DNA of 64,000 bases from Chiloscyllium plagiosum (Eukaryota). Position 1 is the first letter of the stretch. Each line of letters opens with the position of its first letter. Location: positions 5,573,223-5,637,222 of the forward strand of contig NC_057751.1 of assembly GCF_004010195.1 (NCBI RefSeq), given 5' to 3'. Shown here piece after piece: positions 24,793 through 38,076 of this stretch. Position numbers and translations under genes: made by a program. The notes beneath the pieces were generated by a model. It was not told the DNA's origin and ran no database searches. It saw only the letters and a list, made by a program, of their open reading frames with translations.

Positions 24793-26924
24793 CTGTGTCA
24801 AGAGGCGAAGGAGAGAAACACAATGAAACCAGAGGTAAAATGCTGAAACATAGCTACATGGCAAATGTATTGAATTATTGATAGCATGGAATATATACAA
24901 AACAGTGGCTAGCTGAGAAATTAGGCCAACATCGCAACAAAAGTTTTAAAATTATGAGCAAATTCAATGAGTTATAGAATCCTTCAACTCAGAGGCAAAA
25001 GCAAACCAGAGCCACATTTAACCTCTCTGCACGCACCTCTATGCTGGCAATACACTCAAACTCCCTGTTAATCACAACATTCATAGTGAACAAAACAGTG
25101 ATGGGAAGGCGAAAAGGGTACTGATCTTTTCTGGTGAGACTAACATATACAACTTAAGAGTTCAGACGGTGCAAGGCTTGTGTCAGAACAAGGCAACCAT
25201 TGGTTTTTCGCTTCTACAGCAACCAGATGAAATCATGTGTGTAATCCCAAAGGCAAGGTTAAAATCCTGAAATTCTAGGCAATGCAATCAAAGTATTAAT
25301 TTATTCAGTTTCTACAAACAAATACCTTGAGTACACAGTTCTTAAATGTGCAAGACATCATTTAGAACATAAGCCAAATGGTGGAACTACAACAAATGAT
25401 TCTACCTGCAAATGAAGAAAATGGAAGAAGTGGATGACAAGATTGGGACTGAGCTCTTGACTATAATATGTAAGTTAAAAAGCATCTCTGCCGAGCACGG
25501 GCATCTCACAATCTAACAAAGCTTAATTCAGCAGAGACAGCTGTTTACACGGATTGTCTGCATAAGTACCCAATTTTGGCATTTGGTTGGGAGTTACCTT
25601 CCGGACCAAAACTTAGATGATTGCTGCTATAAAGTGTATAGACCTTATATATTCTATTACTGCAGTGTCATCAACTTCTGATGCATTGGTCTCCTGGAGT
25701 AATAGTTAAATCATACATAAATCACACCATGAATGGAACACATGCTCTGGAGTGAAGTCAAGACCTTTGGTCTGTTCACTTAGTGATGATTAATGGCTGC
25801 AAAGGAATGCAGATTTGAAGTGTCACTGAACTCCCATCCAAATTTTTATCATGTTGGGTCCACAGAAGGGGTAAAACAAAAAAGCCCAGGCTACTTTATG
25901 AGGGAAATTTAACTAATTCAAAGAAATTCAATGTGCTTGAAAATGTTTGTTCTGCAATTGCCAACTATGCTACCAAAATTAACAAACCCATCCAGCGACT
26001 GAAGTCAATGAATAGCAAAGTTGATAATGCAATCCTGAGCAATTAGACAGAACACTGATTCAACAGTGACATAACTGTTCTATAAGATTCTGGATAGGCA
26101 CAGTGGGTTGTAAGAAACATTGCCCATTCATGTTGTGTCACTGGAGAAGATCTTTAGATTGCAATGCCATGAGCCAGTTTGTGGTCACGGATTTATCCGT
26201 GTTCCTTGCATTTTCCTGTTCATCAAGAGGTCATGGCAAATCAGTGAGAACTGAGTGCTTTCACTGGGAGGGATCACAAACACCACATATCCACAAACAG
26301 TCACAGTCTGTCATGCCCATTTATCAGCGTGCTGCAACAGAGTTTCACAAGGTCAAGTCAAGGGGAATGTCGGATGCCTCCAACTTGCAGTTTCAAGCAA
26401 TCCATACAAATAAACTGATTTTTAACATTTTAACACAATTTTGACAAGAGAAGAAAAATATGCTTTATCTTTGAACTCATTTTGCTCAGTTGAATCAGAA
26501 CCAAGCAATTGAGGTTCCCAGTACAAATCACATCTGCTGTTTTACCTCAAGATAGGGGTGGGGGGAGGTGGGGAATAGGAGTAAACAGCAAGCTTAAATT
26601 AACACCAGCTTCAAAAAACGTCTCAGCAAACATGAAGTCATGTCGAACATTTTAACAATCAATCGCAACAATACTGATGACAATATTAGCTCAAGCCACA
26701 GGGAAATTGACTTTCCACGACTGATGTGCAATCAACATGATGAATAGATTACTCAATAGCAAAGCATAATTTTCAGCTAAATGAAATCTAAAACATAGCA
26801 AAAACACTCAGGGTCTTAACAATAAAAAATACAGTAGAATCTGTATCAATTGGGAAGTCTGGAAATTATTATTCATTTGATATCTACAATGGTAGTTTTT
26901 GCAACCAACAGTGTTTATAAAATT

Positions 26925-27264
26925 AATTCCCGGGATGAGGGCATCACTGGCTCGGTCTGCATTTATTGCCCATCCCTCATTACTCAGAGGGCAGTTAAGA
27001 GTCAACCACCTTGCTGTGGGTCTGGAGTAAGACCAGGTAAGGATGGCAGTTTCCTTCCCTAAAGGACATGAGTGAACCAGATGGGTTTTTCCTGATAATT
27101 GACAATGGATTCATGGTCATCATCAGACTCTGAATTCCAGATTTATTTATTTATTTATCGAATTCAAAATCCAGAATCTGCTGTGGGCGGGATTTGAACC
27201 CGGACACCCAGAACACGTCTGGATTAACAGTCCAGTCATAATACCAGGAGGCCATCACCTCCCC
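26925..27264 (-). mobile_element. Second tRNA-type SINE family copy
   Basis: Reverse complement of the 54992-55346 family (ccaggtaaggatggcag, ggatttgaaccc). Confidence 0.7.
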
Positions 27265-28765
27265 AAGCCTCCTTGCTTTTAATTTTTTTCCATTAAACGG
27301 GACAAGAAAATGGCGTGTAAAAACGGCCTGATTGCAAATTCATGGTTTGCTGCATTCCAGTTCAAGGGTTATTTGCGAAGTGGGGTCTGCATGATAGGAT
27401 CCCACCTTCTCAATGAAATACATTCAGAAACCGAGTCGCTGACTCAACTCCTTGTTCCCTCCCTTGGGAAAATTTGGAGGCTGGGGTGGGTGAGCGTCTC
27501 CACCTTTGCAGCTACTGTGTCTCCAGATGATCCTCCCAGCACAAGCCTTCTCAAGGAACGTTGGAGCCTAACATCCAGGACAGCTTGAGGAAAAAAGTGG
27601 CTGTAGCTAACTCAAAAAAGCCGTGAGCTTCCAACAAAATTTGACACCTTTATTGTAATGAACTACAGGCACAACAATCAGCCCTCTCGGATGCTTCAAT
27701 TTTAACAACATGCTGTTCTGAGACAGTAGCCTTGCCATGAAGAAACATCTAAAGCATGTTGCTGTTTGATGGGAAGCGTGGGCATAAGGCTGCTGCTTTT
27801 AGCACTGTGGAGTGTGCTCCTAACAGCAGGTATAATCACACTGCATCTAACAAAACAGACGGGATAAAAGAAGACCCACAGCTATGGAAACACCCACTGT
27901 GATGGTGAAACACGTTTTTACAAAAAGGCCTTCTGAGGAACAAAAACCTGAATCTTTGTACCTTGCTGTAATCTGATTTCACCAGCCGTCAGAATATTGC
28001 CAGACTGCGGCATCATAAATCTGTGCAGTCATGTTTTTCGGTGTCCAGTGCATCAATGCACTGAATCATCTTCTCACCCAAAACTTTACTTGTCAAATGC
28101 TTGTTACTTGCTCAAGCTCTCACTCTCCCATCACAAATACAACACCACAATGGGCTTCACTTTTGAATCTGAAGCTGTGAATGTTTATTCCAAGTGTAAA
28201 GGCCAGAGGTATTACGACATTTGCAGGGGATATGAGCTGACCTGGGTTCCCTGCACACATTTGCCTAATCATAAACACTTTGTTTGCTCTTTTTTCAAAA
28301 GATTAATAGAAACGGGGAAGGAAAACATGCAGTGAAATCTGTGGGGCATGAATCATACATGAGGAGGAGTGAAGTGTTCAAACATGGGAAGGTCTGAAGG
28401 CTGAAATTTATTCCTTAAATGAAAATGAAGAGTTATGGGGAAAAGACAGGCAAGTGGCCGTGAGGAAGGGCAAATCCGTCACAATCCATCAGAACTGCCA
28501 TGAGAAATGCAGGGTCACAAGGATAGGGTAGGGAGGTGGGTTGGGTAGCATACTCTTTGGAGGGTCGGTGAGGACTTGATGGGTTGAATGGCAGTTTTGC
28601 TTCCATACTGTAGGGATTCTAATAATTTCTATGATTCTCGTGACAAATAGCCAACTCAACTCCTATTCTTAAATGCTTCTGGTCTTAAGTGCAGATATTG
28701 CTACAAAGGACAAACAGGGGCCAAGGCAACTGACAATTGTTGAATTGATGATAGCCCCTTAATAG

Positions 28766-29089
28766 ATTAGATTCCCTCCAATATGGTAACGGGCCCTTCA
28801 GCCCAACAAATCCACACTGACCCTCCGAAGAGTAACCCTCCTTGACACATTTCCCTACCCTATATTTACCCTTGAGTAATGCACCTAACACTATGGACAA
28901 TTTAGCATGGCCAAATCATCTGACCTGCACATCTTTGGATTGTGGGAAGAAACCGGAGCACCTGGAGTAAACCCACACAGACACAGGGAGAACGTGCAAA
29001 TTCCACAGACAGTTGTCCAAGCAGGAATCAAACCTGGGTCCCTGGTGCTGTGAGGCAGCAGTGCTAACCACTGAGCCACCATGCTGCCT
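28766..29089 (-). mobile_element. HE1-like V-SINE with 8-bp TSD
   Basis: Same family; cttaatag at 28758-28765 and 29090-29097. Confidence 0.9.
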
Positions 29090-29255
29090 CTTAATAGGAT
29101 CAAGAGTGGAGATACCTAACTGCTCAATATATTTAAAACTTACATAATTTTCAATAACTTGACTGATGAAGACCTCACTAATTCATTCAAGAGGTCTCCC
29201 AAATGACTTGCCTCATCTCTAGAAGGGATCAAAAAGCAGGATCAGCACTCTTTAC

Positions 29256-29351
29256 CTGGTTGCTCTGATGTTTGAACAGGAGTGAAAGGGTCAGGCACGT
29301 TGATTGCCGGGATGGAAGCATCCGGAACAAACAGCTCTGTGGACTTGCCTG
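29256..29351 (-). CDS. AAK1: AAK1 exon W11, AGKSTELFVPDASIPAINVPDPFTPVQTSEQP
   Basis: 96 nt (93 if the second AG of CAGCAG is used), phase 1 to 1; donor gtaaag; DPF motif aligns with AAK1 VSDPFIPLQ. Confidence 0.85.
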
Positions 29352-30255
29352 CTGAACCAACCAAGCAGATAACAGCAGGAGGCAACAAAGACAAGCAAGA
29401 AATGATAGAAGGAAACACAAAGCAATTAAACATCACCAAACCATTTATTTGCTTCACATCTGCCCTAACAAGTCACATTTATCTCATATTGCATTTATCA
29501 CACAGAAATAGAACACTCTGCCCAAAACACCAATGCTTGATGTTTCAGCTCTGTGGTAGGACTGGGTGATCCTGAACACCCATTAAGTGTGAGCAGGTTC
29601 AAAAGTCTGTTTTGGTGCTGTGATCGTTCAGCTTAGTTTTCTTAGTATCATAAGAGAAATTATTCCCACAGCTTCCTTGAGAAGATTTCAGACCATAAAC
29701 AAAAGCAGGAAACTCAATTGAAGCTCTGGAAGACTCAATATCATGAATTCATTCATTAGTTACTTGACAAAATCAACTAATTAAGGTGTTTCCGGAAAAT
29801 TCTTCAGTTCCAACTTCAAAGAGTACCATTCAGTGATTTCCAAATGCTGGCACATGGAATACTTAACTCGGGCAACTTGCTGTTCATTTGAAAGCACACA
29901 GGAAAAGTTTAGCAAAAAGCATCATCCAAGCCATTGCACAGATAGCTTCTGCTTTTTTTCTGACCTCTGACTGACGTTGTCTGACAAGGAGAAGCAGCTC
30001 AGTGCAGCTCTTTCTGGGAACTTTCTGTGGACTCCCATTTGTGCTTGCACAAATCAAGAGGCTCACAACTGGAATATGGCTGAAAAATCGAGGAGGGAAT
30101 TTAGCCCTGTAAGGTTAGGCAACAAAGCATTCTGTTCCAGAAACTTTTCTGAGTTGGAGAGCAACTTAGGTGATTTTTCGCTTGTGCTTTCAGCCACACA
30201 TTGAACTTCATACATTATTTCAAGTGAAAACAGTTTCATCATTTATTTTCACTAC

Positions 30256-30949
30256 TGTTCTGAAGATGTGGGTGTACCTTTAAGAGAGTTAAAAGCAGCA
30301 GAACTACCGGCCACAGCACCAAGTGTTCTCAATAAGGCAACAACATATGTAACATTGGGTTGAACAACTCGAACAGTTCGTTGCCTTGAGACAAAAACAA
30401 ATTCGAATCTGGCCAATCAGCTTAAATTATACCCTGATAAAAATACCAATTTCCAATCAAGTTTGAATTGAGTATATTGACACTCTTGAAACTGGGGGAG
30501 ACTTAGACTGGGGGGAAATTGAACAGTTGAGAGGAGATCTGCCATGTCCTAGCATCTAAGAGAGTGCTTGAAAAAATATCTCTCTTAAAAGTCCCTTTGC
30601 AATCAGTAACCTGTAACGCAGAAATTCCTAACAAGGAGAAAAGGAGACACAGGAAGATCCGAAGACAAGAACCTATAGCTACTTAGTTTTGAGATAAGAA
30701 GTGCTGTTTTGTAAATTTTAATTGGGAGTTTAATTGGACTAGTATTATAAAAGGGAAGCTAAAAGATAGTGAGAGAAAAAAGTTATAAATAGCGGTCACC
30801 TAATTATTCTCTGTTATACTTTAAGAAATAAAGTTGTTAATTTTTACTTTACATAGATCTCGGCTACTCGATTTTTTATAGATCACGACACAGGATAAAT
30901 CTTTTCTGTGTTTTAAATTAAGCAGGAGGGTTTACCCAATGTCGTTACA
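30256..30949 (+). mobile_element. Solo LTR (694 bp)
   Basis: Starts TGTT, ends TTACA, flanked by 4-bp direct repeat CTAC (30252-30255, 30950-30953); internal CCAAT and AATAAA (about 30827). Confidence 0.75.
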
Positions 30950-31115
30950 CTACCCTTGGGTAAGGGCTACCAACATCTATGTCCTTCTCAAAAAATAATC
31001 TACTGCTTTCAGACATGACTGCATATTTCCAGTGCAGTATGACAAAAGCACGCTTTCAGAATTCCAAAGTTATGGTCATGAGAGCAGATTGTCAAAGATG
31101 GGCTGGTCCTCTTAC

Positions 31116-31229
31116 CTGCACCACTTGTGAACGGATCAATTCCAAAAGCATCTGTCTGCAACTGTGCCTGGGCTACTGGAAGCCCTGGGATCAGACTCTC
31201 AGTGGATGTGCTAGTCTTTTCGACCTTAC
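31116..31229 (-). CDS. AAK1: AAK1 exon W10, GKVEKTSTSTESLIPGLPVAQAQLQTDAFGIDPFTSGA
   Basis: 114 nt, phase 1 to 1; acceptor ttttctag, donor gtaaga; ESLIPG and DAF match AAK1. Confidence 0.9.
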
Positions 31230-33408
31230 CTAGAAAATTTCAGAACAAGGTCAAGTTTTGCAATTACTTCTTAAATAATTTTCTTCTGATGCAAAACAAT
31301 ATCACCACAATAAATGATAAACGCCAGGGTGTTAACTGATGCCTTTGCTTCGAAAACGTTTAAGATTCAGTTCATAAGAAATTATCTAAAGCTCCCTTAA
31401 GCAACAGAAATACCTCAAGCTAAAAGTCCTTCATTTAAACTCTATTCCAAAAGCACTTCTTCATTCCAAGCATTTGCTGAACATGTGGCTCCTTTCAGGA
31501 TGCAGATTGGGTGTCAGGTTTCCCAACAGTCACTACAATCATCCTGGAGGTTATGAAACAACACCAGGTGGAAAACTAGCACAAATATCCAACACTGGCT
31601 CCGAGCAACTGCAGATCTTGAGAATTCCCTGCTCCTGACGGATGTAGACCCTCAGTCAACTCAGTCATATTCAAGACTGAGAAAGATGATTTTTTTTTGA
31701 AGAAAGGACGTTCGGGAAATCGTAACATATGGTAAACTAAATGTTCAGACCAAGGATCAGTTTTGGCAGCAAATGGTTCAGATGTCCAACTGCTCCCTGT
31801 CACTTGTAAATCAATTACCAACAATGCTTCAACTAATGATGAAAGTAAAGAAGGGAAAATAGAGTCGAACTTGTTTTTGTAAAACAGAGGGAAATTTCAC
31901 GTGACCTGACTGAGCATCGAGTGGTGCTTGTTTTAACTCACTGGGGAAGAGGAGTCCCATAATCAAAGACAGAGAGACAAAAACAAAATTGAAGTTCAAG
32001 TAAAAAGTAGAAAGGAATGTAGAACGTCATGGCTAAGTCTTGGCTTTAACCTTTATTCATTTCCAGCTGAACACTGCAGCACATGGGCATTATTATTCCA
32101 AATCTGACATGCTTCAGCATCAATGGTGCCATCAACCTTCATCTGTTAACTGCTGCTCTCTCCTCAAACCTCTTTGCCTTGTTACTTTGCTTGCTTGCTG
32201 AAAAATCTACATCTTTGTACCCATCTTCCAGAACACAAACCCTTAGTCAGCGCACACTGTAACGTTTATTTTTGGAGACATGTTACAAAGGTTGTGAAGT
32301 AGAGTCATGCTGGACTCAAAATGTGACCTCTCTTTCTCTCTTGACAGACACTGCTGAGTTTCTCCGGCATTTTTCTTCGTCAATGCCTGAAGAAGATAAA
32401 AATGGCATTCTCAAGGTGACTCTCAGTCAGTGTGATTAATATTCTGACCAAAGGGAGTTGTTCTCCCAAGCCCATCTCTGATGGCTACAGTCACATTATG
32501 CAAAAGATCAAATGCACACTCTCCACTGACAGCATGCATTTGTGTCCTCAACAGGAGGCCACTTTCTCAATATTTGGCCTATCAGACCATTCACCGATTG
32601 GCTTTCATTCAGGTTAAGCTTAATCTTGAGAAAGTGCTGTGGGAACTCATGATTTTCTCCAAAAGACGGACTGCTTTATCTGAAAGTTTGAACTTACTGC
32701 AACAGTGCAACTGAATGAAGAAATCAGAAAATGATATGAACAACCTTTGTTGTTTTTACAGCAGTTTCTGCATTAGTGGAGCTGTCTCATGACTGAGATG
32801 CAATTATCCCATGAGCTAGCCTACGGTAAAGAACAAACAGTATCCATGACCAGGAGTATCCTGTGCAGTGGAGCTTCTGCACAAGCATCAAAGCGAAACG
32901 ACTATTCAGCCTGATGAAGCACATCTCCATGCAAATACATGTGGAGCATAAATCACTGCTTTCTGCAGGTGACATAATGCAGACTCTGCTATAACATATA
33001 ACAGCTTTTCCATTATGTTTGCCTGCATATTGCTCTGACATCATTTCCTTTTGTCCTTTCAAGGTGAAGAGAGAGGACTCCTCTTCCCCAGTGAGTTAAA
33101 ACAAGCACCACTCGATGCTCAGTCAGGTCACGTGAAATTTCCCTCTGTTTTACAAAAACAAGTTAACCCATTTGTTTCGTTTGAAACAGGTCATGCCCCT
33201 GAAATAGATAATGCTACATACATAAACCAAAATGTGCACATTGAGAGACTGATTTTTTTTTCCGCGATAACTTCGCTTTTTCTTGAGTCTGGAGTCCCTT
33301 TGCTCCTTCCAAGTCCTTCCTGTTTTACGACATTCATTTCTCTTTTTCGGAGATTAAGATGAATTCAACAGCACTAACTCACTACATCTGCTCCCAAGTC
33401 TGACTTAC

Positions 33409-33566
33409 CGTCCTTGAGTTTCTCAAAGTCCTTGTTGAGCAGCTCCTCGGCAGTGAGTTTGGAGAAATTGTCATCGGCAAAAGGATTCCACGTAGACACG
33501 TCAGGAGGATTGTAGACATTCTGCTGAGAGGTCCGTGGAGATCCTGAGGGAGTGGTTGTAGCTGAC
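33409..33566 (-). CDS. AAK1: AAK1 exon W9, [52 protein letters not shown]
   Basis: 158 nt; acceptor cactcag, donor gtaagt; WNPF motif; not captured in the correct frame by the ORF track, translated by hand. Confidence 0.96.
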
Positions 33567-33606
33567 CTGAGTGCAAGATTGTTGCATCAGAAATATTAAA
33601 TATTAC

Positions 33607-34234
33607 TGTTATGGGCCAGAGCAAATCCTGTCAAAATATACTCAGAAGATAGTTGAGACCCAAAGTTTTTCTAATTTTAAAGGTGATGCAATTCAATTGG
33701 TCAAACTACTCGACTTTCAGCAAAACACAGTTTATTTTTACACCACAGTTAAAAAACGGACAAAATAAAATTAAAAGAAAAGAATTGGTTTGACTCTAAC
33801 TCTGTTGACATGGTGGACGAAATAATATATGTTAATGACTATTAATTAAGTGTTTCAACAGAGTCACATCCCATAAACACATCCTTGGCAAAGGCAAATT
33901 CAGTAAAATAGATTGTCTCACATGTAATTCTAAGAGCTGGAACAGAACCCCAGTTTTTTGCTAGAACAGAGAGAGGAATAACAGCTTCCACAACCAGCTT
34001 CAAGACTCCAACAACTATTGAAAGCTAAAACTGAAATATTCTGGTTCTGTGGGAGTTTGACACCACCCATTCAGGCTGCTTCTAGTTTTCCAACTTTCTA
34101 AAAGAAGCTCCAAGGCCACACAAGCTGTTTACTCAATTGGCTTTGAGCAAACAGCTCCTCACCTCTGTCTCAACCTTTCTTCCGAAAAAGAAAACAGGAC
34201 AAAGTTTCCCTCTTAAAGCCGTCATATCACCACA
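33607..34234 (-). mobile_element. Probable solo LTR (about 628 bp)
   Basis: TGTTA...CACA termini; flanks ttac/ttag (3 of 4 match); minus-strand AATAAA at 33731-33736 near the left end. Confidence 0.55.
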
Positions 34235-35512
34235 TTAGTTGATGGAGGATAAAATCTTCTACAGCATTACAATGAGCTTGATGTGTTGGACTCCAATTGC
34301 TTGGCTTTGTGAACAAACAAACTGCCCCGCTTAATATTGAGCACACCACAGTGTGCCACATTGGATTGATAATAAATTCATTCCAAGTGGTAGAGGTTGC
34401 GGATTTCTGAAGTGCTATCACAGGAGCTTTGCTGATTTTCCAGTGCATCTTGTAAACAGTACAGACTGCTGTCACTGTGCATTAGGAGCAGCCAGAATGA
34501 AAGGTGAATGAGTTAATGATCATTATTCTCTCCCTCCACTGGTCAAGGATTTGCAAAGTGCTGCTGCAAGATATTTGGTGAGTTTCTGCACTGCATCGTG
34601 GAAATGGTACACACTCCTTGAACTGTGCATCAGTGGTAGAGGGAGGGAATGTTGAAGAGTACTTTCATCCTATCTGCTGCTGACCACACAGTGCCAGCAG
34701 TGTGCGCAATCCATAACATGCAGGACAGTAATTCAACAAATATATTAGGGTAAATCCATGATCAACCACTGCCATCCAAAAGAACAAGGGCAGCAAATAT
34801 ATGGGCAAACCACTTCCAGCAAATAGCTCCAAAGCCACACACCACCCTGACTTGGAAAGATCGTGCCAGTCCTTCAGTGTCCCTGGGTCAAATTCCTGGA
34901 ATGCCTTTTTGAACAGCCTTGAGTGTGTCCCTACAGTGCATTACCCGCAGCGGGTCCAAGAGGGCAGTTCACCATCAGCTTCTCAAGGGCATACTGGAAT
35001 GACCAAGAAATTCTGGCTCTGCCAGTGACATTCACATCCCTAAATAAATAAAAACTGCCCTCAGTTATGATTGGGTTCAATATTCCTGGATGAGGGAAGA
35101 TGAGTTTAAAGAAAAAAAAGGTTCCCATGCTTGAGTATAAGATGCTTACATTTTGTGGGTGACAAGTGGAGCTGAAAGGCAGGATCGAACACATGACTGT
35201 GTATCCAGATGCGACACAATGGTCACTTTGTACAGCTTACCAGGTGGTAGAAATGTGAAAACTATCAGGCTGTGAGCACATGAAGCATTGAATTAGCACA
35301 GAGGCACTGAAGAAAAAGTTCAATAAGTGCACGCAGGAGAAAGAAGCAGAGAATGCATGATGAAATACTGCTGTAGGCTACTCTACTAGAAAGTAAACAC
35401 AAGCACAAGCCAGGTTGGCCCTAAGGCCTGTTTCTGCACTGCAAGTTTGTCCAGACAGGATGTAATGATAATGGGTTAAAATTCAAATTTGAATAAATAA
35501 AGGTGAACTTAC

Positions 35513-35739
35513 TTGGATTTGTTTAAACCAGCTTCAGCAGCTGCAGCTGCCAGGAGCTGGGTCGATTTACTGACTGGAACACCGAACACTGCACTGTACG
35601 TGACATCACTGAGGATCCTTCTGTGGCCAGAACGCTGAGTCTTCGGTGATGATGGAGGAGTCAGTGACACCGACACCATTTTTGGAGACTGGTTTGGGGC
35701 CACTTGAGGTTGCTGCTGCTGCTGTTGTTGTATTTGGGT
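35513..35739 (-). CDS. AAK1: AAK1 exon W8, [75 protein letters not shown](K)
   Basis: 227 nt; acceptor cactgcag, donor gtaagt; conserved LTPPSSPK and GHRRILSD motifs. Confidence 0.95.
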
Positions 35740-36524
35740 CTGCAGTGGGCATCAAGAGAGAAAAAAAATCAATGCATTGTGTCACTTGCATCGACTGGTC
35801 ACATCATTAAATTGTTTAAAAATAAGGAGTTGCCCATTTTAGATAGAGATGTGGAAACATTTTGTTTTCTGAGGTTTGAGAGCCTGTGAAATTACCTTCT
35901 TTAAAAGGCAGTGAATGCTCTAACTTTAAATATTTGTACGGCAGAAGAAAATAAATTCTTCATTGCCAATGGGGATGAAAGATGGAATGGAGATTTAGGA
36001 TGAAAATCGAATTAGCCACGATCTTATCAAATGACGGAGCAGACTTGAAGGGCCAAGTGGACATCTTGTTCCTTGTCTGCATGATTTAAACTTCTGTGTT
36101 ATCCGGCATAAACTTCTGGCATAAACACTCACTTATCTGAAGCTCATTGTTGTGAAATATTCAACTTCCTGTGTATGCAACCAAAAAGTAAACTTCAATT
36201 TTGTTCTCACTCTCCTAGCTCATTTGCAAATGAGTAAAATAACACACTAGCAAACAACTACTGGTCTAGGTAGCCTCATTTGTGAAGCTGTCATAATACA
36301 TGAACTTCTCGTCCCACGTCACATCCTGGGGCGGAGGCAAGACACCACATTATAAATCCAGGTTAGTTAGTCGGGAAAGGTCCGGGAAATTGCGCTCTAA
36401 ACTGGCACATGGGAGGGGACACTGGTCAGTAGCCTAATGCACGTAGCAATTTCTTGTCAGCAGGATAGGATGACTGGAGCCATGATAAGTGGTGACCAAA
36501 AAGGGAGAGAACAGCAGTATACAT

Positions 36525-37230
36525 TCCAAGTCAGGATGCTGACTGGCTTAGAGCGGATCTTGCAGGGAGTGGTGTTCCCATGGATCTGCTGCCATTGTCC
36601 TTCAAGATGATACGGATCATAGATTTTGCAAAGTGCTGTCTGAGGAGTCTTGCTGAGTTGCTGCAGTGAACATTTGTGGATGTGATGCCAAGTAAGTGGG
36701 CTGCTTTGTCGTAGATGGCGTCAAACTCCTCAAGTGTTGTCCGACCTGCCATATCTACGCAAGTGCATTCCATAACAATCCTGACTTATACCTTTTGAAT
36801 GCTGGACAGGTTTTAGTGAATCAGGATCTAAGTTACTCACTGCAGTCTCTGAATTGCTTGAGTGGGTAGCTTACCTGCATGGCTGGGCCAGTTCAGTTTC
36901 TGGTCAATAGTAAACCCTGCTAGTTTGCTGATCACAGGCATAGGGAGAATTTAGCAATGGTCTTGCCATTGGATATCAAAGTGAGATGCTCAGATTCTCT
37001 CTTGATGAAATTGGTCATTACCTCACATTCATATAGCATTGATATTACTTACCATTTGCCTCCTCAAGTCTGGACATTGTCCAGGCTTTGTTTCAAGTAG
37101 ATATGGATTTGTGATAATCTCTAAAATATCTCGAGTGGTGCTGAACATTAAGCAGTAATTTTTTTTTGAAAACATTCATCCACAGGATGTGGGCCTTACT
37201 GGCTAGGCCAGCGTTTACTGTCAAAACCTA
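36525..37230 (-). mobile_element. L2/CR1-clade LINE fragment
   Basis: TTLEEFDAIYDKAAHLLG; co-linear with 39350-39820. Confidence 0.7.
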
Positions 37231-38076
37231 ATTCCCATTGACTTCCATTTTGCCAGTGCTCCTTGCTGTCACACCTGGCAAATATGCTTTGATGTCAAGA
37301 TGACAGGGTTCTAACTGGCCTGCTGTTTGCCTTGTTGCCGAGGTGGCAGACAGACTAAACAGAGGACTGCCTGGATTTGGTTGGAAAGGCAAAGCTAAAG
37401 CATTCAAACAGAATAAATAAGCAATTGTGATGGAAGGAACTAACTTGTCTTCTCCCTTCATAGCTGAGACATCGCTTCAAAATCTTTTCTTGATATGCTC
37501 CCAAACTGCAGCAGGACTTAAGATTTGTAGGTTTGGTTGTAGATGAACATCAGTAAATGGTCTGTGGTAGGTAATAGTGTCTTGCAAATGGGAACAAAAT
37601 GGTACATTGTCAAAAATAGGAAGTTGTAAAGGTAGGGTTTGGGGCAAACTAAGTTTTCAGTTGATAATCTGCAGTCTGGAGATTGATATTTACCCAAAAC
37701 GTCAAAATAGCATACATGAGGCACAAGTGCAGACATTAGGCCATTCAGCCCATCGAGTCTGCTCCGCCATTCAATCATGGCTGATAAGTTTCTCAACCCC
37801 ATCCTCCCGCTTTCTCCCTGTAACCCTGGACAATCAAGAATCTATCTCGGTCTTAAATATACTCAATGATCTGGCTTCCACAGCCTTCTATGGCAACGAT
37901 TCACCACTCTCTGGCTGAAGAAGTTTCTCCTTACAATCCACAATTATGCTGGGTTTGATGTTGAAGCACTTTTAGTGGGTACAACTGTCACTCTTTCTCA
38001 CTGCTTTTCCTTTTAAGAAATATGGCCCTTTGAAAAATGATGAGGAACATAATTTCTCCAAGGGTTAAACTCTTAC

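Noticed and set aside
27445..27590. Possible extra phase-1 exon after ttttttcctcaag
   Set aside because: Stops after about 45 codons, no similarity to AAK1, and no convincing donor or polyA signal
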